The notes beneath the pieces were generated by a model that saw only the letters and a program-made list of their open reading frames with translations, made no database searches and was not told where the DNA came from. A stretch of DNA of 64,000 bases, taken from the NCBI GenBank assembly GCA_018398765.1, contig JAHBMJ010000234.1:1-64000 (forward strand), read 5' to 3'. The stretch is from Chromera velia (Eukaryota). Both the position numbers and the translations under genes were made by a program. Positions 27,238 to 39,147 of this stretch are shown here, piece after piece (the stretch's first letter is position 1; each line of letters opens with the position of its first letter).

Positions 27238-27289
27238 CTTTTGAAGGAAGAAACAATCTGTCTTGCATGTTGTAACCTGCCAACAAGGC

Positions 27290-27371
27290 TGCCGTCAGCT
27301 GTCGAATGCTACGCTGGATCCTAGGCGTATATTTTGTTCCGATTGTGATGACATATGATGATGATGATGAG
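27290..27371 (+). mobile_element. Very short 3'-end remnant of the LINE family at 47847-50838
   Basis: 'ccgattgtgatgacatatgatgatgatgatg' resembles the LINE terminus 'ccgatggcgatggcgtatgatgatgatgatg', including the (TGA)n tail. Confidence 0.5.
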
Positions 27372-28141
27372 GTTGCATGATAGCCTACAGACTAACCAAC
27401 CACGACCAACAACAAGAATAACAATAATGATTATGATAATAATGATAACCCGATTCAAGGCTAATTAATATGGATTTTATCTATAGTATTATTAATATTC
27501 AATGATACTAGGAAGGAAATTAAAAAGATATATTTAGGGTGATTTAAGTTTTATCTAGAGTTTTATACTCTAACTAACCTTAGAGCTAGAGCTTAACATG
27601 TTATGAATACGTACGTCTAGCTTACATGTAAGCTCACACATAGGGTAACGCCACGATATATTGGTGTAATTAAGCCGATACCTGGCAGCGGACCGCGGGG
27701 ATTCCTGAATCGAACATAAAATCTACATAGTATAATTTTTTCAACTATTTTTTCAAAAATGCTCTATATATTCTATTTCATTAAAGTTTCAACCTATCAA
27801 TCAATCAATCAATCAACTTTTTGAAGGCTGTGATCATTCTTTATACACTAGGCTTATTTTGAGTCATTCCTATATCCTGAGAGTCATTCGTTTTAAAAAC
27901 TGGTTCAAAGATCAGTTCAAAGAGCTAGCGATGTAGACATACCAATGTCTAAGGGGCTCAGGGGTTCAGAATCGATCCTAGGAATCGATCATTGCCCCTT
28001 TCGCGGACACTTCAGTGACAGGTTCAGTGACTTTGATACACGTACACAGCTCCCCAGGAGGGCCCGCGGATGGACGACGGCGCATTATGGACGCAGTGTC
28101 CCTTCAGGGCAAGGCAGGTACAGCTAGAGCTACAGCTGTGT

Positions 28142-29738
28142 CTATTCCCTCAAAAAGTAAGCCTCAGACTGCCCCATAAGAACGTCCGTCACGTTCTCTT
28201 TGAGGAGTGCGCACCTCTCTCTGTACCCACCCGTCTTTGTCTTCCAGTCCCTTTTTTGGCACTCCCTCCCGCAGTACACAACAAGCTTGCAAGCCGTGCA
28301 GTATATGAAAGTGGGAGCGCACTCTCCACAAACGGCGCAAGGCAGCGGATCCGTCTTTCTCTTCTCTTTTCCTGTCGGCTGGAAGGAGGTGTTGAGGCGG
28401 ACCTGTTCAAATACCCCCTTCGAGCTCGAAGTCTTCCTCGACATCATCCCGCTGTTCACACGCTCCCTGGCACCAAAGAGGAAAAACCTCTGCAGCCTTA
28501 ACACTCTGTAAATTGACATCGCGTGCCAATCCCCCACTCTTCGCGTATCTTCGGTTGGGACAATCTTTCAACATCAACTCCCCTGTTTGCACCATCTTCG
28601 CCTCAAGCCACGCCATGAAAAAGCCGACCTGCAAGAACGAAAGTGGACCGCCGACGAGAACTTTCCCGCCCCACCCCAAAGTCCTCGCATCCCGGCGAGA
28701 AGCGTCGCTTTGTTTTCATCAATATACTTCGCAACTTCAGGGTTGGGCAACGTGCACTCAAGTACCATCAACCGCTTTTGAAAAACGGTGTGCCTCTGGG
28801 AGATTTCCAACTCACCGTCAACCTCAAACCCCCGCACAACCATTTTGAAAAGCCGCAGAGCGTCTTCAGAGGCCTCCTTGGAGGCAAAGGAGCTCTGAGT
28901 CGCCTTCCTGAATTCTTCTCTGATTGAAACCTTCTGAAGGGCTGTGGCGATGTCAGCCCACAACTCCCAGAGACCACGCGGCTCGTCGCCCTCTGAGTGG
29001 CACAACTCTGCGTACCAGACAGAAGCGCGAAGAAGGTAAGAAACCTCTACAGGCTCTGCATCGGTCTCGCCCCCTAAGCTTTCATTGTTCAACGCCACGA
29101 TTGCTTCTTCAGGGATAGAAAAGAACATTCCTTCAGAGTCCTGGAGCGCAAAAAGCAAAGAGAAACAAGAGTGAAAAGCGTGAACATTCTCTCGATCCAC
29201 ATGGTGCATATTCAGCATCATGTGTCTCAGCGCTTTCCTGAAATCTTTGCTCTTCCAAACGATCAAGCGCAGCCGCTCGCTCCCTTTCAGCAGGCATGAA
29301 AGCATCTGTGTCTGAAGCCGCAAGACCGTGCCAGCCGTCGCTGCTGGTCCAGAGCTTGAAGAGCGAAGGCACGCAGGGAAAAAACGAGCTCACAGTGAGG
29401 AGCTCGAAGGTCGCTGCTACTGAAGAAAGAACGCTGAGCTGCTCGCAAAGCTCTCTTGCGGAATCGACAATGTCACTGCAAACGTGACGGAGCCGAGAAT
29501 CATCTAAATGAGGCTTCGTGACATAATCGCGCAATCTTGCTTCGAGACCAACTGTCCGTACAGCCGTCTCTTTCAAAGAGGAGACTTCATTTCGAGAAAC
29601 GGAAGAGTGCTTTCCATGTCTGCACAGAGCCAAAAAATTTGACAGGTCCCCATAGACGGCGCTGCCTGCTGGCCCCTCACCGGCGGGCTTGTGCTGTCGG
29701 ATTGTTCCTGCGGGTGGTCTTTCTGCCTTCTCTGCCAT
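28142..29738 (-). CDS. MYND-type zinc finger protein, 3 exons
   Basis: Exons 29394-29738, 28629-29311 and 28142-28505 join in frame via GT-AG introns. The C-terminus reads CAVC..YCTAC..VYCGRECQKRDW. Confidence 0.85.
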
Positions 29739-30284
29739 CAGAAGAATTCAAGAAAGGGGGCACGGCAGGATTGCTTCTGACAAGGCTGGTCAGCAAAAAT
29801 TCAATTGACTCTGGAGACTGCCGAGTCTGAGTTCTATCGATCGCTCTGCAACTTCTTGTCTGACAGAGGCCCTCACTGACTCCTCAGTGGAACAGTGGAA
29901 CTCGATTGAGTTGTCGGAGTCTTTGAACTAATTCCGGTCGATTATCGATCGATACCGTGGCCAATGGATGGCCAATAGAGACACCATGAGACACCCGTGC
30001 ACCCCCTCGCGGGGGCCACGGCATGCTCTGGAGTGTTACCCGATTATACAGGGCTATACTTTCGTATAGCCGATTAGTCGCGGCCGCGATGAATGACGGT
30101 TACAGAACTTATTGAATCTTCTCTTGGCTCCAGAGCTTTCGTACATTTCCCATTCTACACCTACCTCTGTGCATTCTTTATTTCAGTCAGACCTGTTTTT
30201 CGTCCGTCCGTGTCGGTGTAGCAGCAAGAGCAACACCCGTATCTTTATCTTTCTTTGACCCCTTTCTGGACCATCAACCGCAGT

Positions 30285-32080
30285 ATGCCGACCATCACCT
30301 CCAGCAACCCTCTTCTCCAGAGGGATGCAGAGTCCAACAGCTCTTCACTCTTCTACCAGCAGACTGCCGCAGAGCTCCTCGAGGAAGGAGGATGGACTCC
30401 CATGACCTGCACAGCTATGTCCAAGACCAAGGCTGTCGCACGTCTCCCTTCCTCAGCCTCTCTCTGCTCCATCAACGAAGAGGAGAACGAGAAGGAATCT
30501 GCCAGCAGCACCCTCGACACTACCCCAGTCCCCCCCCAGGCCATTGTCAACACTCCCGTCGCGGAGGTCAAGGAGGCCCAGCCCGCAAAGGTCACAGCGG
30601 AACCCCAGCAGGAGCCCAAGAAGGTCGACCCCGACCACTACAACATGAGTGACGTTCCCCTCCCCAAGGGATACTCCGTCAGACAGCTCAGAGCCTTGGC
30701 CGAGAATAACGTCAGCCTCTCAACCTTTCAAGTCTCCCGCTCCAGTCTTACTGCAGCTCCTTTGAAAACCATTCAACCAGTCATGTAAAGCGGGCACATT
30801 CCGGGCCTCCCTCTTCTGTTGACGCTGTCTCCCTTTCCCACCCCTGCATACTCTCTTGATTCGAGCGCACACAGTCTATACTCACTGCTCTGTCGTGTAT
30901 GCTGCCGACTGCAGGGCAAGGGAGCCGTCCAGAAGCTCATGAAGCTGGCCACAGAGACAGAGGGCTGGATCCCCAACGGAACTCACAAGGGAGTTGCGGT
31001 GAGTCGCATACGAAGAAAGTGTATATACGTGGAAGGCATCAATAGATTGCAGACAGTAAACATGGACACAATAAGAAGGCAAACAAGAGCTGGATGTCAT
31101 GGCAAACTGAGGAGGGAGATGCGGGGAAGGGCAGAGCAGAGAGATACTAAACGGTGGAACTCGGGGGGGGGGTGGCTAGAGTCATGCTTCAGTATCTCGA
31201 GTGTATGAGCATAACCATAACAAACCATGTGCATGAATATATAATATACCTGAACGTCTCTCGTCTTTCTGTGTGTCTGCAGTGCGAGATGAAGAACGTT
31301 GGAGAGGACAACATGTTTGTCTGCAGAGGAACCGTGAACTTCGGCTCCAAGTTCAACGCGTTCGACTTCCTAGGTGAGCCAGCAGCCTTTGATTGAGTCT
31401 TCATTCATTCGGAGTCGTAGTGAAGGTGGAAACTCCATTTCTGAGTAACACCATTTTTGACTGGCAGAGAGAAGCAGTGTACGTACGCCTCGTCTCTACA
31501 GAGCAGAACTTGCCACGCACGTTTCGCTACCCTTCCTAGATGGATCCGCCGCGTTCACTTCCACCCCCCTTGCTTTCTGCGGCAATTCGGGGCTTCGCCG
31601 ACCCGCTCTTTTTCCATTTTTGGTATAGCGCATACTTCTTCTCCATTTTTTCAGTCTTTCAACAAACCCTGTGTTCTCTCTCTGTCCCTTTCTCTCTCTG
31701 TTTGCATGAATTGAATGAATGAAGAAATGAATGAATGAATGAATGAATGATTGAATTAATGTGCAGACTATATCCGCAACTGGGACAGCATCCAGCAGTA
31801 CGACCCCATGTTCAGCGAGGGTCAGTCAGTCGAGCAGGCAGGGAGGCAGGCAGTCTGACTCGCTTTCCCTCCTTCTGTCCCTTTTGAATTGCATAGTTGT
31901 GCGTGTGTGAGCGCTTGTCTTTCTTCTTCGCTTTCCCTCCTTCTGTCCTTTTTGAATTGCACAGTTGTGCGTGTGTGAGCGCTCGTCTGTTCTTCTTCGC
32001 TGCATCCGAGTGTCAATATGTTCATTTGCTGTGGCGTGTGTGGGTATGTGTGTGCGCGGGTGTGTCAGCTTGTCACCCAG

Positions 32081-32114
<34 letters not shown>

Positions 32115-32777
32115 ATGTGTGTGTGTGTGTGTGTCCGTTAGAGAGCAAGAGAGATTTCGCACCGAAAAACCTACTTCATGCGACCACACGGTGGCTGTAT
32201 GTTGGTCATCCATACAGATGAGCATCACATACAAATAGCCATCTTGCCTTGTTATTCTTTTCTCTCTCATCTGCCTGCAGGACGAATTCTCTGTGAGTTC
32301 GACTGGGCCACTGCGGTGACGTACATGTCCTTCAAGGGCATGCTTCTCTTCGATGGCAGAGACTTCGTCACCTCTGCACACGCAGAGGTCGTGGACGAGA
32401 GAACCGTCGCTCAGGCAGCCACAGCCTTCGAACTCTGGCCCGAGGCCCAGGCCCCCTCCAACGGCAAGCGCTCAGTTCGCATGAACGTCGCAATGGCGGG
32501 ATTCGTTCTGAAGCACCTGGAGGATGGTACGCTTCAGGTTACTTCCGTGATGGTTGCCGACCTGAAGCTGAAGTTGCCGAAGAAGGTCATGGAGAAGGCA
32601 CCCTTCCTTGTGGACCAGCCTGCCGCTCTGGGAAAGATTAAGACACTTATGTACAAGGAGGGAGTCAAGGTCAATCCCCTGAGGCCCTGGGATCTGGTCG
32701 AGAAGGTGAAGCCTCTTGCCGGGGACGTTCGCACGGAGGCCGAGGCTGTGCGCAGAAAGTACCACGTCCGCGCCTAA
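30285..32777 (+). CDS. START-like lipid-binding domain protein, 5 exons
   Basis: Exons 30285-30710, 30915-30998, 31283-31373, 31767-31820 and 32281-32777 are in frame. START motifs: EGW...KGV, QYDPMF, GRDFV, VRMNV..GFVL, DLK.KLP. Confidence 0.85.
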
Positions 32778-34539
32778 TTTGTTTCGCACTTTGTGGGAGG
32801 GCTCCGCCGTTAACCTCCGTTTTTGGTCTCACTATTCTTACGCTACTTACTCATTGCCCTTCTCCGGTCGGTCGACGGGAGGAGGGGAATCGAAGCCAAG
32901 GCACTCACCTTTTGCTGGAAGAGCCCGGCAAAGAGAATAGTTTTGAGTGCAACTCGGCAGGAACGGCGTGATGAAGGAGCCCCCACAGACTGGCGTGCGT
33001 GCGTCAAAGAGACGGGGGGTGGGCTGGACCCGCTTTGTTTGTCCCGGCCAAAGTCTAGAACGCTATGCTTTTTTAGTTCGCCCCAGAAGGCAAGAGTGAG
33101 TGAGTGATTGAGTGAAGCAGTTGGTCCTTTTTCAGTTGAATGGACGAAGAACTAAGAAATACGTGAACGTGTGTGAGTGAGAACAGAGGAGAAAGCCCTC
33201 CTAACACCCAGTTCTTGTCAAGTCCTTCTTTTGTTTCTTCTGTTTGTACGCTCCTCCATCCGGTCATGCAGTCTGATTTGTTTCTATCAATCTATGCCTG
33301 TGAACATGGAGGGATGCATGACTGCGAATTAAGGGAGCATACAGACAGTTAGGCATCGAGAGGACTGAGATGGCAAGATCTTTGGTGGGCAGGACGGCGT
33401 TTGACTCACTCGATCGAGGAATGGAAGGGACCGAGGGAGGTTGAATGGGGGGACTGCTTCGTGCGTGTGTGGGTGATTAGAATTCGATCAATTCATCTTG
33501 TTTTCATGGCATGTGGCGTAAATGAATTTTATGGTAGTTTTTTGGATGCTTGATTCCCAATTTGGAATTGACTTCATGCGTGCTCGTCGTCGATCTGATC
33601 TTTCCACAAGTCCATGCGTCAATTGTGAGAGTATGCATGTGGGTGCGTGAGTATTTCACATGCGTGTAGAGTGCGTATGCTCATGTGTTGCATGATAACG
33701 CAGAAGGACTCGCGGCTTACTGGATTCTGTAACTGGAGACAGTCGCTTTCATTGATATGCAATTTCTGCATCATTAATCATGCAGCATAGAAGTTTTAGA
33801 TCAACTAACTTGAATGATTTAAGGCTTAACTAGCCTTAGATGACTTAGTAACTCTTAGTTTATCTATGCATGAATCACTGAGATTATTACTCTATAGCCT
33901 GAGAAATCACTGCATTTTTTTTTCCTTTTTTTCTTTTTAATTTTAATTTTTTTTTCATTGTACGTTGTACCATCAGTAAATTGATAGTACTATGTACCTA
34001 TTATTAGTACGGCTGCTACCCATCTTTTAATGAGGTATCAAATCAATCAATGATTAATGATGTATTACTGATTGACTTATAACTTACTGGCTGATTTATT
34101 TGCTTAAATATATTTTAGTTTATGTCTTACCTTGCTATTTACTTGATTACATTTTTGTTTACGCTCTACCACCTTGCAAAAACCGTTGAAAAACGTAAGA
34201 ATGTAGAAAAGATTCAGTGCTCTAATTTATAAAAAATTAGACGAATTTAAAAGAATTTAGAACAGCTAGGTATCCGGAGGAATTTGGAAGAAAGAACTCA
34301 GCAATAATTTAGCGAAGGTCAATTTTTAATTATCTTTGGAGAGTCATATAGCTTATAAACCATGATATTATGATAAGTGAGGACTTGATACCCACGCTGC
34401 TTATGGTTCTATTATAATTCTGATTCTGCGTACAAGCCTGCACAACCCTGCTTCCTTCACTGCCAGAACCAGGACACTATCTAGTATAATACCTTTGCCC
34501 TGCAGGATTTCTTCATATCTGAAGATTTAATTTCGATGC

Positions 34540-35433
34540 TCATACTTTGTCTGAGTCAGCGCTTTCGTCTACATCGGTCACATACTGAACCGATTCCGGT
34601 CTGAAGGTCTCATTCTCCTGAATGTGCAACTTTGCGATCCCATGGCTGTACACATCGAAAGGCACAAACTCGAGAAACCCGCTGAGTTTTTTCTGAAAGT
34701 AGTCAGCATGCTCAGACACAAACTTACAAATCGTCTTGGCGTCTGCATCGTCGGAAATTTTCTTCCAGAGCCTTTTCATTCGATAGGAGACTCTCTCATT
34801 GTAGATGTACGGATCTGGATTCGTCCCTGGTGGTCTGAAGACGAGCGTGTGCCCAGGCTTCTCGGACCGGATGTCCATGACGTTCGGTCCAATCGCACCG
34901 AAAACCGTCAGATCTGGAAATTTTCTCAGACCTGCTATTGTACTGGCAAAGTCCATGAAGAATCCCTCCCCTTCCGAAGACAGCTGGGCGATGTTGCATG
35001 GAAGCAATATGAGCTTCTGAAGGGTGGAAGGCAATCGAACCGCTAACTGGGCTGCAAGTACACGTCCCATAATTCCTGCGGAGACGCCACGGTTGTTTTC
35101 TTCCGTGTCCAGCCGCCTTGCTGAAACCGGAGTCCCGTCTTTGGAGAGAAACTTTGGCTTCCCTGTCCCTGGGCCTCCGTGAGGATGCACAGAGGTGGGA
35201 GTGCCGTGGGAGTTTGCATAAATGACAACTGTGGCGTCTCCAGGAACTGATGTTTTTGGAAAATCCAAATCAAAATGTTCGCATCCGAGCTCCATGTTCA
35301 GACAAGCCCCCGACCCCACGACCCAGTCGCTACGCATGCTTGCAGTTCCTGTAAGTATGTAGCATTTTCCTGTACAGGCATTAGGCAGCGGAGAGAGCAG
35401 AGCAGCCAGTAATGTCCATCGGAGGTCTACCAT
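34540..35433 (-). CDS. Intronless secreted protein, putative clan CD (C80/CPD-like) cysteine protease
   Basis: Signal-peptide-like N-terminus MVDLRWTLLAALLSPLPNACTG. Strand-His-Gly (VIYANSHG) and strand-Cys (LILLPCNI) motifs, followed by GF..F and a V.G strand. The CDS is solid; the function is inferred. Confidence 0.6.
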   Translation of the reverse strand: MVDLRWTLLAALLSPLPNACTGKCYILTGTASMRSDWVVGSGACLNMELGCEHFDLDFPKTSVPGDATVVIYANSHGTPTSVHPHGGPGTGKPKFLSKDGTPVSARRLDTEENNRGVSAGIMGRVLAAQLAVRLPSTLQKLILLPCNIAQLSSEGEGFFMDFASTIAGLRKFPDLTVFGAIGPNVMDIRSEKPGHTLVFRPPGTNPDPYIYNERVSYRMKRLWKKISDDADAKTICKFVSEHADYFQKKLSGFLEFVPFDVYSHGIAKLHIQENETFRPESVQYVTDVDESADSDKV

Positions 35434-35659
35434 TTCACTCGGTCAGGATAATCACCGAAAAGTCCCAAGCCTGACGTGCTGTATGATTATTCATGTATAT
35501 AGCACCCAGCAGGAACGAACAAGAGATTCCGTTTGCCTGTTGACTTCCTGGCAATCAAACGTTGCACTCCACGCTTAGTCTGCTGAAACGCAGAACCCGG
35601 TCACCATATGCGAGCTGTCAAGCATGCAGTATACGTGTCATGCACACATTTTTCGAAAC

Positions 35660-35775
35660 GTACATGCATGCATGCATGCATAAAGATCTCTCTTAATTAT
35701 CGCCTCTCGATCCGGGCGTGTATAATGCAGGCGCCGGCGGAAAATTAAAAAAAAACTGCATGCATGCATGCATAA
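35660..35775. promoter_or_regulatory. TGCATGCA arrays in a divergent intergenic region (candidate ApiAP2-type sites)
   Basis: (TGCA)n runs at ~35664-35681 and ~35757-35773. TGCATGCA is a known apicomplexan ApiAP2 motif, but it is also common elsewhere in this window. Confidence 0.4.
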
Positions 35776-36165
35776 AATGTGATTGATTAAAATGTGTCAT
35801 CAGCTTTTCGCGCGTGCGCCCATGCTTGCATTCGTTGCAAGTCTGAGCGCGCGCGCCATGCAAAATGTAATTCCACCGCGAGAATCCGAGAGATGCCACT
35901 GCAAGCATCTGCAAGCGGACTCAAGGATTGTGAGGATGAAGAACTTGCGTGACCGTAAAGGGTAGCTAGATCGATGAACATGACTTTCGCAACGACAGAT
36001 TCAAGGCACAGTGTATATAAAAGCGGCATTATCCTCTTTCTTGTCCTTATTCGATTTGTGACGAGCAGTTCGTCAGGCGCAGAGAGAGACGGCTACTCCC
36101 GAAGTTACTTGCTGCATAAATTCTTCCTTCGAAGTCTTGCTCACACAACGTTTGAATCAGCTAGA

Positions 36166-37513
36166 ATGGCGTCGGGTCGTGTGAGCATTCCAGCGTCTTT
36201 AATTGACCCGAAGTGCACACTGGCAAAATTGGCGGCAGATGGCGTGTGCTCCGTCTGCCTGAACCTCGCTCGCGAACCTCGGGAGACGAACTGCGAGCAC
36301 GTCTTCTGTCGTCCTTGCATCTCGCGCTGTTCCCACTGCCCGAACTGTCGCACCTATGTGACCGAGCTAAAACATCCAAACCGCACTCTGCGGGGGGTAT
36401 TGGAGACTGTCACTGTGAAGTGTAAACACCGTGAAGAGGGCTGCAAGGAGAGAGTGGCAGCAAAGGACATGGAAAAGCACCTCCAGAACGATTGTTTGAT
36501 GGAGGAGACGGTATGCCGATTCCAAGGGTGTGGGGTCCAGATGAAAAGAGGGAAGCTGGCTTCCCACGAGAGGAATTGCCTTCACCGTACCCTCCCTTGT
36601 GAGCGCTGTAATCTCCCTATTGCCTTCAACGGAAAACGGCAGCACAACATGGTCTGCCCGAAGATGCCTGTCAAGTGTCCGAAGAAGTGCAACGCCGAAA
36701 TTCTCCGTTCGAGGGTACAGGAGCATCTGGACACTCAGTGTCCTGAGGAGACGGTCAAGTGCTTCGTTCCTGGTTGTGACGTCGAGCTGAAGCGAAAATT
36801 GATGGGGGCGCATCAGGAGAGGCGGGTGGAGGAACATAGACGGCTCTTCGCGAGGTACCAGCAGGAACCTGGTAAGTAGTCTTGCGAGGGATGGCAGGGC
36901 GGTTTGGAACGCGCTTTGACGAGTCTGTCGGGGCGCTGAGTCTTTTCAGCAATTCCATTTCTGTCGGGGCGCTGAATTTTCATATTTTCGAGCGGCTGCA
37001 TATTCGAAAAGTGTCGTATGTAGAGCCAGACGAACTCAGTGTAAAGCTCAGTATTCCGACAAGTGAACGGTACTTGTGAGTAGCGTGCAGACAAACAGCC
37101 AGAACCTGTGCTTTTGTCCTCTTTTTCCATTTCTCTGGTTGACTGATACGTGCATGCTCTTGCCTTTCCTGCAGAGGTGTTGAACGTGTGCGTGGAGCTG
37201 CCTGACTTCGAGAGGAAGGCATTCTCTGCCGAGGATGGGTCGGAGTTCAACAGCAGTAGCTTCGTCTTTCAGGCAAGTCCAGCCAAAGTGATTTGGTCTT
37301 TCCGTACACTCTTTCACTCACTCTGTCTCAGTCAAAGGGACCTGCTTCCAACTATCGTATGCTCTCTCTCTCTCTCTCTCTCCTCGCTCGCTATTGCACA
37401 CGCAAGCACGCAACCCACCCCTCCACTCACACTCACACACACATGCACAATCAATCCCATACCCCCTCCTTCACACACACACACACAGTCACGCACACAT
37501 GGGTACACACTCA

Positions 37514-37558
<45 letters not shown>

Positions 37559-38084
37559 GGGGAGAGAGAGAGAGAGAGAGAAAGCACAAAAACATGATCT
37601 CGCTTGAATTTTTCCTCAAGACCACTCCACTGGCTCTTTTGATTCCGGATTGTCACTTGTCTTTTAGCAGTCTTGTCTTTGGGCTCTTTTCTCTGTCTGT
37701 GTGCAGGGCTCCAGATTTTTCCTGCGCGTCTGTCCGAAAGAAGAAGACTCGGACGAAGGGGGGGCGTGGGTGTCCCTCTGCAAGAAAGGCCACTTCCGGG
37801 GAAAGCTCTCCTGGTCCCTGACGATAGACAACTACGAGGAGGGCGAGACCGAGAGCGTGACTCATGACTTCTCCAAGTCGGAAGTCAACGACGGCCCGGG
37901 GCACTGGTTCGACCTTGAAGAACTTGTCTCCGCGGCCCTTGAGACCAAGGACAGGGTGCTGAAAATCCATCTTCGCATCGCCAGTGTGCACAGCGGTACG
38001 CGTTTTGTGCATGTGAACGGATACGGGCCTGCGGTCAACGGCGGAGGGGCGGGTTTGGGAGTGGGGGCTGCGAGGCCCTACTGA
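36166..38084 (+). CDS. TRAF-like protein: RING, TRAF-type zinc fingers, MATH-like C-terminus; 3 exons
   Basis: RING CSVC..CEHVFC..C..CPNC and repeated CxxxGC..H..C fingers. Exons 36166-36871, 37175-37272 and 37707-38084; the junction gives the MATH-like SSFVFQ|GSRFFLRVCP. Confidence 0.88.
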
Positions 38085-38340
38085 ATGAGATCGGGTGGCA
38101 AGCAGGATGCATGGCTGCATGTGTGGTTGCACGGTGGACTTCATTTGGCATGCAGTCTATGCATGCGTGATTGCGTGAAGGCATGCAGTTTCTGTGTCGT
38201 TCGTCAGTTGACCATCCAGTCACTGTGACTGCATGCATGGCTTGCCGATGGGGGGAGGGACTTTCTCTGAAACCCCATCGACAAGATTGGCTTGTGCGGT
38301 GTGACCTTGGGTGACAGGTCAAAATTCATCTCTCTCCATG

Positions 38341-38407
<67 letters not shown>

Positions 38408-39147
38408 CTTTGTTTCTTCTCTTGTTTCTTTCTTTCTTTCTTTCTTTCCTTCCTTCCTTCCTTCCTTCCTTCCCTCTTTCTTTCTTTCTTTCTTTCTTTC
38501 TTTGTTTCCTTCCTTCTTTCCTTCCTTCCTTCCTTCCTTCCTTTCTCTTTTTCCCTCTTTGTGTCGGTTTCACTCACACACAGAGAGTATAGCACACGCC
38601 AACTGCATGTCAGTGACACTGCGTTGACTTTCAGCTGCTGTGTCATTCTTCAGACAACGACGGTTATCGGGATCGATCGTTGTGCGATGAGAATATTTAA
38701 GGTTCTGTGTGAGCATGCCTGCATGTGTCCTCAATCATGCATACGTGTATGGAAAGTGAAGAGAGGGGATTGACAGAAGAAGACAAAACTTTTGAGCGCT
38801 AGCATGAGCGACTTCCGATCCCTTCAAGTTTGTTGAACAGTACAACTTGAACTTTGGTCAGAGATTAGAGGCCAACGTCTTGGTAATAATTAACTCTTGT
38901 CACATGATTATACAAGAGTAACATCAACATCTTGATATAATATTGTTCTATATGATTGATTGATTGATTGATTGATTAATATGTTCCGCCCTAGGGCCTT
39001 CCCGCTATGTCTATCTGTCGCCAGAGCTAGCTCGATCTACGTAACACTGCAACACATCTCGCTACATTGCAACACTCTACGTTGTATCTGATCAGTTCTA
39101 TACAACTCAAATCTCAACTTTTGAATAGAATTTAAAGTCACTATAAA

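Noticed and set aside
28142..29738. Apparent frameshifted pseudogene (three overlapping ORFs)
   Set aside because: Two GT-AG introns restore a single frame.
31861..31984. ~55-bp duplicated segment in a START gene intron
   Set aside because: An ordinary local tandem duplication with no splice or coding consequence seen.
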